From NCBI GenBank assembly GCA_001766815.1, contig LYOS01000008.1, positions 1-32,000 of the forward strand: a stretch of 32,000 nt of DNA, given 5' to 3'. The notes beneath the pieces are model-generated. The model was given only the letters and a program-made list of their open reading frames with translations, ran no database searches and was not told the origin of the DNA. The DNA is from Candidatus Syntropharchaeum caldarium (GTDB lineage: Archaea > Halobacteriota > Syntropharchaeia > Syntropharchaeales > Syntropharchaeaceae). The position numbers were made by a program, and so were the translations under genes. Below, one piece after another: positions 1 to 7,113 of this stretch. The number at the start of each line of letters is the position of its first letter. Within the stretch, counting starts at the first letter, position 1.

Positions 1-116
1 ATGTGGCCGCCTGGTGTCTCTTTCTCCTCGATCAACGTGACCGACGTCCCCCTGTCTGCTAAAGAGAGGGCAGCCATGATTCCAGCTATCCCACCACCGA
101 TTACAGCGACGGTCAT
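1..116 (-). CDS. N-terminal fragment of an HdrA-like FAD-dependent oxidoreductase; the gene continues beyond the window edge
   Basis: A minus-strand ATG at 116-114 opens MTVAVIGGGIAGIMAALSLADRGTSVTLIEEKETPGGH. This is a GxGxxG dinucleotide-binding N-terminus in the form I associate with heterodisulfide reductase subunit A. It starts 5 nt after the metF stop, so it is probably co-transcribed. Only 38 codons are visible. Confidence 0.5.
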   Translation of the reverse strand, partial: MTVAVIGGGIAGIMAALSLADRGTSVTLIEEKETPGGH

Positions 117-121
117 TTAGA

Positions 122-1057
122 TCACTTCTCAGCGCCTTCAATGATCGGTGCGATCACATCAGGGTAACCAACCGCCATTATGTGGCAGCCAGCACAGTTC
201 TTTTTCTTTCTTATCTCCTTCACAAAATTGACGAAGTAGTCGATATTGAATTCATCGATCTTTTTCTTGCGTTCAGCCTTGTCAGAGATCGCCTTGAATT
301 CCTTGAATGTCTTCAAAAACTCGGGTGGCACGGTAACACCTGATACGAACTTATCAAAGAACTCTGCCTGACCATAAGAACGGGGTGGGAAGATGCCGAT
401 AAATGTCGGTATACCGATGTGCTCAATTGATTCCAGATATGTAAGCGCGATATCCACATCAAATACAACCTGGGTCTGGATGAAATCAGCACCAACCTCC
501 GCCTTCCGCTCCATCTTCAGGACCTCAATCTCAAGCGGCTCCTGGTTCGGGTTTCCAGCAACTCCAATGTTGATCTCAGGCCTTGGTCCCTGCACCTCGT
601 TTCCAGAGAGGTCAGTTCCCTCATATACCATGTGATGGATCAGATCAACGAGCTGGGCCGAGTCAAGATCAAATACAGGCTTTGCGTCCGGGGTGTTTCC
701 CATGTGTGTGTGATCGCCTGTCAGGGCGAGGATATTCTTGAGACCAAAGGCAGCAGCGGCAAGGATATCTGATGCAAGTGCCAGTCTGTTCTTGTCAGCA
801 GTCCTTAGCTGATATACCATCTCAAGCCCCGAGTCACGCTGGATGATGAAGCTTGCAGCAAGGCTCGACATTGCGCTGAAGCTCTGGGGGTTATCGGTCA
901 CATTTGCGGCTGTGATCTTTCCGATCCCCTTCAGGGTCTTTGCCCATTCAACAACATCCCCTATCTCTGTGCTCAGGTTATGTGGCTCAAGCTCACCGGT
1001 ATATACAAATTCACCAGCCTTGATCTTCTTCATCAACTCTGAGAATGCCTCCCCCAT
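122..1057 (-). CDS. metF: Methylenetetrahydrofolate reductase family protein (MetF-type)
   Basis: 311-aa ORF with MTHFR-family blocks: NVTDNP, LRTADKNR, ILALTGDH, FIQTQVVFD. It lies 2 nt downstream of a MetV-type gene. Confidence 0.85.
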   Translation of the reverse strand: MGEAFSELMKKIKAGEFVYTGELEPHNLSTEIGDVVEWAKTLKGIGKITAANVTDNPQSFSAMSSLAASFIIQRDSGLEMVYQLRTADKNRLALASDILAAAAFGLKNILALTGDHTHMGNTPDAKPVFDLDSAQLVDLIHHMVYEGTDLSGNEVQGPRPEINIGVAGNPNQEPLEIEVLKMERKAEVGADFIQTQVVFDVDIALTYLESIEHIGIPTFIGIFPPRSYGQAEFFDKFVSGVTVPPEFLKTFKEFKAISDKAERKKKIDEFNIDYFVNFVKEIRKKKNCAGCHIMAVGYPDVIAPIIEGAEK

Positions 1058-1059
1058 CT

Positions 1060-1719
1060 CTATAACCTCCTCGGATTCATAGCAAGTGTCCGCTTCTTCG
1101 GTGGTCTATATTTCCTGAAAAGATCAAGTCGGTTAAGCTCTTTTGCTCGATGATAGATCAGATACCATGCACAGTCATTCTTTACCATCTCACCATTGAC
1201 CTCCATCGGAAGCTCGCACTTACCCTCAACACATCCTCCACAGGGTCCATTGAGAAGCCCTTTCGCGCATCGAGCCACCGGACAGATACCCCCCGTCTCT
1301 TCGAGAATACACTCACCACATGCAAGACACATCTCATACATCGGGCCCTGTCTGATCTCTTCAGAACCGATGAACATGGTATCCTGTGCCGGACGTGTCC
1401 AGATCTCAGGATAAACTTTGTTAAGTATCTGGACACCAACACCGCACGCAAGCGAGACCATACCATCGTAATCATTCAGTTGAACCCGGAGGTTTCCAAC
1501 CGATTCATCACAGCACTGTTTCACGATGGTTGTAAAACCAGTCTCAATCGGTTTGCCCTCCATCTTTGCCTTCATCTCAATAAGCTTTGCAAGTGTCTCC
1601 GCTTCTTTCAAGCCTCTTGGAGGCTGTGTGCAGCCATCACATCCCACAAAGAGGACTCTTTTGCAGTCTGCTATCGATGCATAGATTTCCTCTAAGGGTT
1701 TTTCCTTGGTTATTATCAT
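1060..1719 (-). CDS. metV: MTHFR C-terminal-domain / zinc-ribbon protein (MetV-type small subunit)
   Basis: Cys-rich hallmark CLACGECILEETGGICPVARCAKGLLNGPCGGCVEGKCE, plus VGCDGCTQPP. I prefer the ATG at 1719 (MIITKEKPLEE) over the ORF-track start at 1803, because the first 28 codons look non-coding. Confidence 0.8.
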   Translation of the reverse strand: MIITKEKPLEEIYASIADCKRVLFVGCDGCTQPPRGLKEAETLAKLIEMKAKMEGKPIETGFTTIVKQCCDESVGNLRVQLNDYDGMVSLACGVGVQILNKVYPEIWTRPAQDTMFIGSEEIRQGPMYEMCLACGECILEETGGICPVARCAKGLLNGPCGGCVEGKCELPMEVNGEMVKNDCAWYLIYHRAKELNRLDLFRKYRPPKKRTLAMNPRRL

Positions 1720-1868
1720 CCTGAATCGCCTCTCAATTATTGTATGATATGACCTTAAGCATATGCTGAATATATTGGTTGATATGATCCTCGATTTATA
1801 CACTATTTAAATTATTCGTTTTTATTTCAAGTGAAAAATATTTACAGAATAAATTGTTACAAATCGCA
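1720..1868. promoter_or_regulatory. AT-rich divergent intergenic/promoter region between metV and the mcrB-like gene
   Basis: 149 nt between divergent start codons. It holds several TATA-like boxes: TTTATACA ~1795, TATTTAAAT ~1804, AAAATATTTA ~1835. It also holds a perfect 10-bp palindrome AGCATATGCT (1758-1767) and the direct repeat TGATATGA (1745-1752 and 1780-1787). No transcription start can be assigned from sequence alone. Confidence 0.5.
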
Positions 1869-3254
1869 ATGTTTTTATATGCACAGGTTAAAACAGGCAA
1901 AGAGGTGACTTACTTGGTTAATAACGATGTTATAGACATTTACGCCGATGATGGGAAGGTTCTGGAAGAAAACATCCCACTGGAGGCTTTAAATCCATAC
2001 AAAAATCAGGCAATCCTCGATATACTTCAGACGATCAGGCGAACAGCACTGGTTGATATCTCGGCACTTGAAACAACGCTCAAGAAGGGGGAGGTTGGCG
2101 GTACGATGAATGTTGGAAGTGAGTGCCATATTCCTGGACGAGAGCTGGACCTACCACTTATGGATCGGATCGAAGAGATCAGAGAAAAAGTTAAAAAAAT
2201 GCTTGAGTTAACTCCAAACGATGATACACTGGTTGAAGTCGTTGATTCACTGATGGTAATCCAGATCCCGTCACGTTCATTTGCGATTGCAACCGACTCA
2301 TCCCAGGTTTATTTTAAACCTGCAATTGCGCTTATAGGTGCTATCTGTGACATCTTCGAGCTTGGTCCTTTTGACGGGCCTGAGATGGTGAAGGCTGCGG
2401 TTTTGGGGCGATATCCGCAGATGATCTCACCCAATGGAGTTATGTCCGCCATTTTATCATTCCCTACAACGATTGAAGGTGCGGGAAATGCGTATCGCAG
2501 CATAAAAGTGAACGACATTGTTGCGCTTGCCAATAAACGAACGTTTGATGCTGCGGCGCTGGGTTCAGTCTTTGAGCATGGTGCAGCCTTTGAGTCGGGC
2601 AACGCGATGGGAGCATACAGGCGGTACCACCTTCTTGGTATGGCATACCAGGGTTTCAACGCCGACAATATGGTCTGGGAGCTCCTGCGAGATCATGGGA
2701 AAGGAGGGCGAATCACCGATATTATCGACGATCTCGTTGAACGTGCCCTGAGGGATAGGGTTATTGAGGTTGAAGAGAAACTGCCATCGGGGTATACTCT
2801 CTATTCAACCCGCGATGCTGCACGCTGGAATGGTTATGCAGCAGCAGGACTGATGGCAGCAGCGATACACAATGCAGGTGTGATGCGATCTGGACAGGGC
2901 GCCCCATCAGCGATGCTCTTTTACAACGAACTGCTCACGTCCCAGACCGGGCTACCCGGGGTCGACTTCGGGAGGGCGCTTTCCACTTCAGTAGTATACA
3001 CATTCCTGACTCATAATACCTACGGTGGCGGTGAGCCAGGCATATTCTCTGCTGAACATCCTGCAACTCGCGGTTCTCGCGGTTTTATTATTCCCTGTGC
3101 AGCAGCTGCAATGTGTCTTGATGCTGGAACGATGATGTTCCCGGCAGAAGCAACTTCAGGAAAGATGTTCAAGCTCAGAGAGATCTTACCTGTTTTCAAA
3201 GACCCCGTAAAAAAAATTGCAGCAGCTGCAGCAGCAGTCTCAGGTGAGGTGTGA
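1869..3254 (+). CDS. mcrB: Methyl-coenzyme M reductase beta-subunit homolog (divergent; MCR/ACR family)
   Basis: Collinear with recalled canonical McrB:
- DIYADDGKVLEENIPLEALNPYKN (cf. [24 protein letters not shown])
- MVKAAVLGRYPQ
- YHLLGMAYQGFNADN
- WNGYAAAGLMAA
- TYGGGEPGIF
- GFIIPCAAAAMCLDAGT
- PAEATSG
The start is uncertain. The ATG at 1869 is given. TTG at 1914, preceded by GAGGTGA (1902-1908), would give an N-terminus of canonical length. The ORF track opens at TTG 1854. Confidence 0.9.
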   Translation: MFLYAQVKTGKEVTYLVNNDVIDIYADDGKVLEENIPLEALNPYKNQAILDILQTIRRTALVDISALETTLKKGEVGGTMNVGSECHIPGRELDLPLMDRIEEIREKVKKMLELTPNDDTLVEVVDSLMVIQIPSRSFAIATDSSQVYFKPAIALIGAICDIFELGPFDGPEMVKAAVLGRYPQMISPNGVMSAILSFPTTIEGAGNAYRSIKVNDIVALANKRTFDAAALGSVFEHGAAFESGNAMGAYRRYHLLGMAYQGFNADNMVWELLRDHGKGGRITDIIDDLVERALRDRVIEVEEKLPSGYTLYSTRDAARWNGYAAAGLMAAAIHNAGVMRSGQGAPSAMLFYNELLTSQTGLPGVDFGRALSTSVVYTFLTHNTYGGGEPGIFSAEHPATRGSRGFIIPCAAAAMCLDAGTMMFPAEATSGKMFKLREILPVFKDPVKKIAAAAAAVSGEV

Positions 3255-3257
3255 GAA

Positions 3258-4925
3258 ATGGATGAGAAGATACTTGACGACTTCAAGCGAATATTCAAGG
3301 AGGAAGATCCAACCAAAAGGGAGACCCAGTTCTATAACTTTGGCGGGAGAACGCAATCAAAGGCCAAGCGTGAATTCATCGAATCAGCAAAGCGCATCGC
3401 AGAAACGCGTGGTATTCCGGGTTATCAGGGAGATCGGGAGGATTTTGGTGTCCCGCTTGGATCGAGATATCTTGAGCCATATCATATCGCAGGAACAGAT
3501 ACGTTCTGTGAAATGGACGACATCCATCAGATCAACAATGCAGCAATCCAGCAGATGGGGGATGACATCAAGCGAACTGCGATAAACGGGCTTGACCTGC
3601 CGCACAGGGTGCTCCAGCAGAAGGTTGGTATAGCGGTCACACCTGAGACGATAAACCGCTACCTTGAAGCTGTAAATCACTCAATTGTTGGCGGGGCACT
3701 CGCACAGGAACATATGGCAGAGATAAATCCCAACATGAGCAAGGATGGTTATGCAAAGATTATAACAGGCGATGACGAGCTCGTGGACAGAATCGATAGT
3801 CGATTTGTGATTGATATCAACAAGGAATACCCCAAAGAAATGGCAGAGAAGCTTAAAAGCAAGATCGGTAATCATCTCTATCAGGTCGCAAGGATACCCA
3901 CAATTGGGGTCAGGATCGCTGATGGTTCAGTTGTCCATCGCTGGAATGGAAATCAGAGCGCACTCGCATTTGTTTCAACATACAACCTCGGAGGCGGCTC
4001 GATACTCGCTGAATTTTCACTCACCGTGAAGCACATGGCATACATGCTCATCGGAACGCCCACATGGCCCCGTAGAGGTCCAAGAGGTGCGAACGAACCG
4101 ATTGGAATACCAAATGGATATATCGGTGACTTCTGTCAGGCAGATGCGGTGAACGACGACCCTGTTCATTACTGTATGGAGGCCATGGCAGTAAGCGGCG
4201 CTATCTATGGTCTGTACTGGTTTAGTAGCTATGTGGTTGGTGGGATCGGCGGTCCAAATACCTTTGCGTCACCCTTCACAAGCGAGCTCCTGACTGATTT
4301 TACATACCATATCTCAGACTGGGTGAAGGAGAAGTACGGCGGATATGTTGCCTGTAAACCATCTTTTGATGTGATAAGGGAGGTTACAGAAGAGGTGAAC
4401 TTCTATGCAATGGAGCAGTACGATAAGTACCCCCTTCTCCTTGAGCACCACTGGGGAGGCGTCATCAGAATCCTGAACCTCAATGCTGCATCTGCTATTG
4501 GGGTCGGGTTTGCAACAGGCAACTCAACAGCAGCCAGTATCGCGAACTATTACTCAGGCGGATTCCTGCAGAAGGAGGCATGGGGAAGGAATAATGTTGG
4601 AGTGGGTGATGCTGCAGAACAGCTCAATATCCCAAACAGCGTTTCTATACGACCAGAAGAGGGCGTAATTCCGGAACTGAAGAGTCCAAACATCCCCGAA
4701 GATTCATATTCAGCATCGCACTTTGTCTCGCTTCCTGCAGCATCTTTCTCGGCACATCGTGCGAGGGGGGATGCATGGTGCTTGAGTCCACTTGTGAAGG
4801 TTGCGTTTGCAGACCCCTCACTCACCTTCGACTTCAAGCATGTGCGTGAAGAGATCGCAAAGGGTGCACGTCGTGAGTTTGTACCATCTGGAATGCGCGA
4901 TCCAATTACACCGGAGGGGCGATAA
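3258..4925 (+). CDS. mcrA: Methyl-coenzyme M reductase alpha-subunit homolog, highly divergent (candidate alkyl-CoM reductase alpha)
   Basis: 555 aa. The N-terminal half tracks canonical McrA: FYNFGG, RGIPGY, NNAAIQQMGDDIKRT, VTPETINRYLEAVNH, AQEHM, FVIDINKEYP, ARIPTI. C-terminal landmarks are retained: PRGANEP, SSYVVGGIG, DFTYH, FATGN, SIRPEEG, ARGDAWCLSPLVKVAFAD. Hallmark motifs are replaced (see findings). The ATG lies 3 nt after the mcrB stop, with GGTGAGGTG upstream. Confidence 0.9.
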   Translation: MDEKILDDFKRIFKEEDPTKRETQFYNFGGRTQSKAKREFIESAKRIAETRGIPGYQGDREDFGVPLGSRYLEPYHIAGTDTFCEMDDIHQINNAAIQQMGDDIKRTAINGLDLPHRVLQQKVGIAVTPETINRYLEAVNHSIVGGALAQEHMAEINPNMSKDGYAKIITGDDELVDRIDSRFVIDINKEYPKEMAEKLKSKIGNHLYQVARIPTIGVRIADGSVVHRWNGNQSALAFVSTYNLGGGSILAEFSLTVKHMAYMLIGTPTWPRRGPRGANEPIGIPNGYIGDFCQADAVNDDPVHYCMEAMAVSGAIYGLYWFSSYVVGGIGGPNTFASPFTSELLTDFTYHISDWVKEKYGGYVACKPSFDVIREVTEEVNFYAMEQYDKYPLLLEHHWGGVIRILNLNAASAIGVGFATGNSTAASIANYYSGGFLQKEAWGRNNVGVGDAAEQLNIPNSVSIRPEEGVIPELKSPNIPEDSYSASHFVSLPAASFSAHRARGDAWCLSPLVKVAFADPSLTFDFKHVREEIAKGARREFVPSGMRDPITPEGR

Positions 4926-4927
4926 GA

Positions 4928-5704
4928 ATGGATGAAAAGAAAGCAAACAGGTATCCGGGTAATGATCCTGTTGGAGCACGGAGAAGGGAACTGCTCAGTC
5001 CAGAATCGAAGTTCAAACGTCTCAGAGAGATCTCTGATAATGATTTAGTCCTGCTGCTTGGGCACAGAAACCCCGGTGAGGAGTACGGCTCAGCACACCC
5101 GCCACTTGATGAACTGGAACAAAAAGATGACCCGATAGCAGATCTCATTGAACCGTCGGCTGGAGCGAGAGCAGGTGACCGGATCAAGTACCTTCAGATG
5201 ACAGATTCTGTCTACTACTCACCTTCAGCACCCACCTTCAGGGGCAGGATGTATCACGTCAGATACCCGGGGATCGATACAATTGTCTATTCTGGAAGAC
5301 AGCTCATGGAAACCCGGGAGCGAGATCTTGAGCTCTATACACGGGAGTTGATGGAGACCGAATTATTTGACGCTGCAAGGACATCGATGCGCGCAATAAC
5401 CGTGCACGGATCATCATTGCGACTTGATGAGAACGGGCTGATGTTTGATGCAAGGCGAAGAACAAGGTATGATCCCGAGACAGGTGAAGTGAGTTATGTG
5501 AAGAACCAGATGGCAATACCGATGGATCGAGCTGTAAATCTTGGAAAGCCGATGGACGAGGAAGAACTGATCTCAATCTCGGTAAGGTATGGTGGGGCAA
5601 GTATACCTTACAGAGATGCAAAAGAGCTCTGGAAGCTCACAGGCAAGATTCTTGAGCAGCATGTTGTGGGTGGCTTCAATCCCACAAAAATTGAGAGACG
5701 ATAG
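4928..5704 (+). CDS. mcrG: Methyl-coenzyme M reductase gamma-subunit homolog
   Basis: 258 aa with canonical McrG blocks: KLREISDNDLVLLLGHRNPGEEYGSAHPPL, GARAGDRIKYLQMTDS, SGRQLMETRERDLE, VHGSSLRLDENGLMFD. The ATG lies 2 nt after the alpha stop, with GGAGGGG upstream. Confidence 0.9.
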   Translation: MDEKKANRYPGNDPVGARRRELLSPESKFKRLREISDNDLVLLLGHRNPGEEYGSAHPPLDELEQKDDPIADLIEPSAGARAGDRIKYLQMTDSVYYSPSAPTFRGRMYHVRYPGIDTIVYSGRQLMETRERDLELYTRELMETELFDAARTSMRAITVHGSSLRLDENGLMFDARRRTRYDPETGEVSYVKNQMAIPMDRAVNLGKPMDEEELISISVRYGGASIPYRDAKELWKLTGKILEQHVVGGFNPTKIERR

Positions 5705-5717
5705 GTGAGAGGAATTT

Positions 5718-6035
5718 TTACTCCTCAACCTCTTCTTCATTTTTGCTTGAATATCTTAAGTACCAGTCTAAAAACTCTGTATAGATGACGACAGATAAGA
5801 ACCCCGCCCATAGGGCGAGGAGTATGTGAATATTGCATATCGAGACCACTCCATTCATCGGTGAAAAGAGCTCAAATGCAAAGAATTCAGCCATCTTTTC
5901 GGGTGTTATGATGGTACCAATAAGTGGTATAAGGATCATTAGCGCAGTACCAAGCCGTGAAGAGAGGTATATGATTACAAGCGCTATTATAGCCGTATAG
6001 ACGATGAAGAACAGTAACGAGAAGATCAGATTCAT
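5718..6035 (-). CDS. Small integral membrane protein (about 3 TM helices), paralog of the N-terminal domain of the upstream gene
   Basis: The 105-aa ORF aligns along its length with residues 1-100 of ORF 6036-7112: LIPLIGTIITPEKMAEFFAFELF / LVPLIGVMIAPEEMAGFLSYELF, and NIHILLALWAGFLSVVIYTEFLDWY / NIHILLAFWAAFLSIVIYTEFLGWY. Its start codon directly abuts the upstream gene's stop. I recognise no family. Confidence 0.6.
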   Translation of the reverse strand: MNLIFSLLFFIVYTAIIALVIIYLSSRLGTALMILIPLIGTIITPEKMAEFFAFELFSPMNGVVSICNIHILLALWAGFLSVVIYTEFLDWYLRYSSKNEEEVEE

Positions 6036-7112
6036 TCAGACAACACCCCACGTCTTATTTCTTTCGATGTAATGTGAGCAAAGATCCAGAATATCGTTTT
6101 TTAGATCCATCGCCCTATCTCTCCCAATGAGCAGACTTGCAGAGCGACCTGCACACTCGGCAAGTTTCTCCAGATCGGTGAGGGCGAGTGAGTCAGGTGT
6201 TATGTCAAGATGGTCTTTGAGCTGGCTTTCAAGGAAGTTTTCCCCTTCGTTCATGTATTTTGCAATGATTGCAAGCAGATCCTGGTATATATCAATCATC
6301 TGGCAGAGTTGATCCAGTGCTGGATCACCCGGTGTGGATGCAGTGGACGGTAGTTCATTTTTCCATTCATGCCACTCCTCTACAATCTTTTTCATCTCCT
6401 CGAGGCCATCCAGGTTGGTACCGCCGGGTATGCTAAGCGCAAAATCCGATTGCTCTTCGGTTTCAATCTCTTTCTCCTCGTTCTTCCTTATTGTAAAGCT
6501 TGTTTTAGCCACCGGTCCTGAACTGAAGCCTGGTGGCGATGTGAAGAGACACAGCTCGCCTCTTCCAGCAACTTCGGGTCTTATAACCGCGATCTCATGC
6601 TCGATATCGCACCTGATCCATTCATCACCGATGGTATCAACAGGCACATCATCTATCTTCGCTTCAATACGAACAAGTACCGCCTTGAACAGTCCAGATT
6701 TGATGATGATCCTGCAGATGAGTGGTTCTCCAACTTCAAGCGAATCATTGTCCACTTCAATACGCGCCTCAAAATTCTCATCTTCAGGAAACTCTATATC
6801 ACTCGATCCAGATCCAGAGGCGGAAATGTGCGCCATATACCAGCCCAAAAACTCGGTATAGATGACAATAGATAAAAATGCAGCCCAGAACGCAAGAAGT
6901 ATGTGAATGTTACGCATCGAGATCGCGCCATCCATGATTGCAAAAAGTTCATATGAGAGGAATCCCGCCATCTCTTCGGGTGCGATCATAACTCCGATGA
7001 GTGGTACCAGCAACATGAAAAGAATGCCTGCAAATGATGAGACATAGATGATGATAAACCCAATAAAAAGAAGATACAGGATCAGGAGAAATAGCGAGAG
7101 TAGAAGATCCAT
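6036..7112 (-). CDS. Membrane protein: N-terminal 3-TM domain plus an acidic soluble C-terminal region, function unknown
   Basis: 358-aa ORF. It has a hydrophobic N-terminus (paralogous to 5718-6035), an SGSGSS linker, a beta-rich segment, then a helical acidic segment. Its start lies 1 nt from the stop of the upstream surface-protein gene. Confidence 0.6.
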   Translation of the reverse strand: MDLLLSLFLLILYLLFIGFIIIYVSSFAGILFMLLVPLIGVMIAPEEMAGFLSYELFAIMDGAISMRNIHILLAFWAAFLSIVIYTEFLGWYMAHISASGSGSSDIEFPEDENFEARIEVDNDSLEVGEPLICRIIIKSGLFKAVLVRIEAKIDDVPVDTIGDEWIRCDIEHEIAVIRPEVAGRGELCLFTSPPGFSSGPVAKTSFTIRKNEEKEIETEEQSDFALSIPGGTNLDGLEEMKKIVEEWHEWKNELPSTASTPGDPALDQLCQMIDIYQDLLAIIAKYMNEGENFLESQLKDHLDITPDSLALTDLEKLAECAGRSASLLIGRDRAMDLKNDILDLCSHYIERNKTWGVV

Positions 7113-7113
7113 C

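Noticed and set aside
5713-5720. Oligo-T (T5) as the terminator of the MCR-like operon
   Set aside because: A single T5 run 10 nt after the mcrG stop is compatible with archaeal termination, but it is too weak and too common in this AT-rich spacer to report as a feature.
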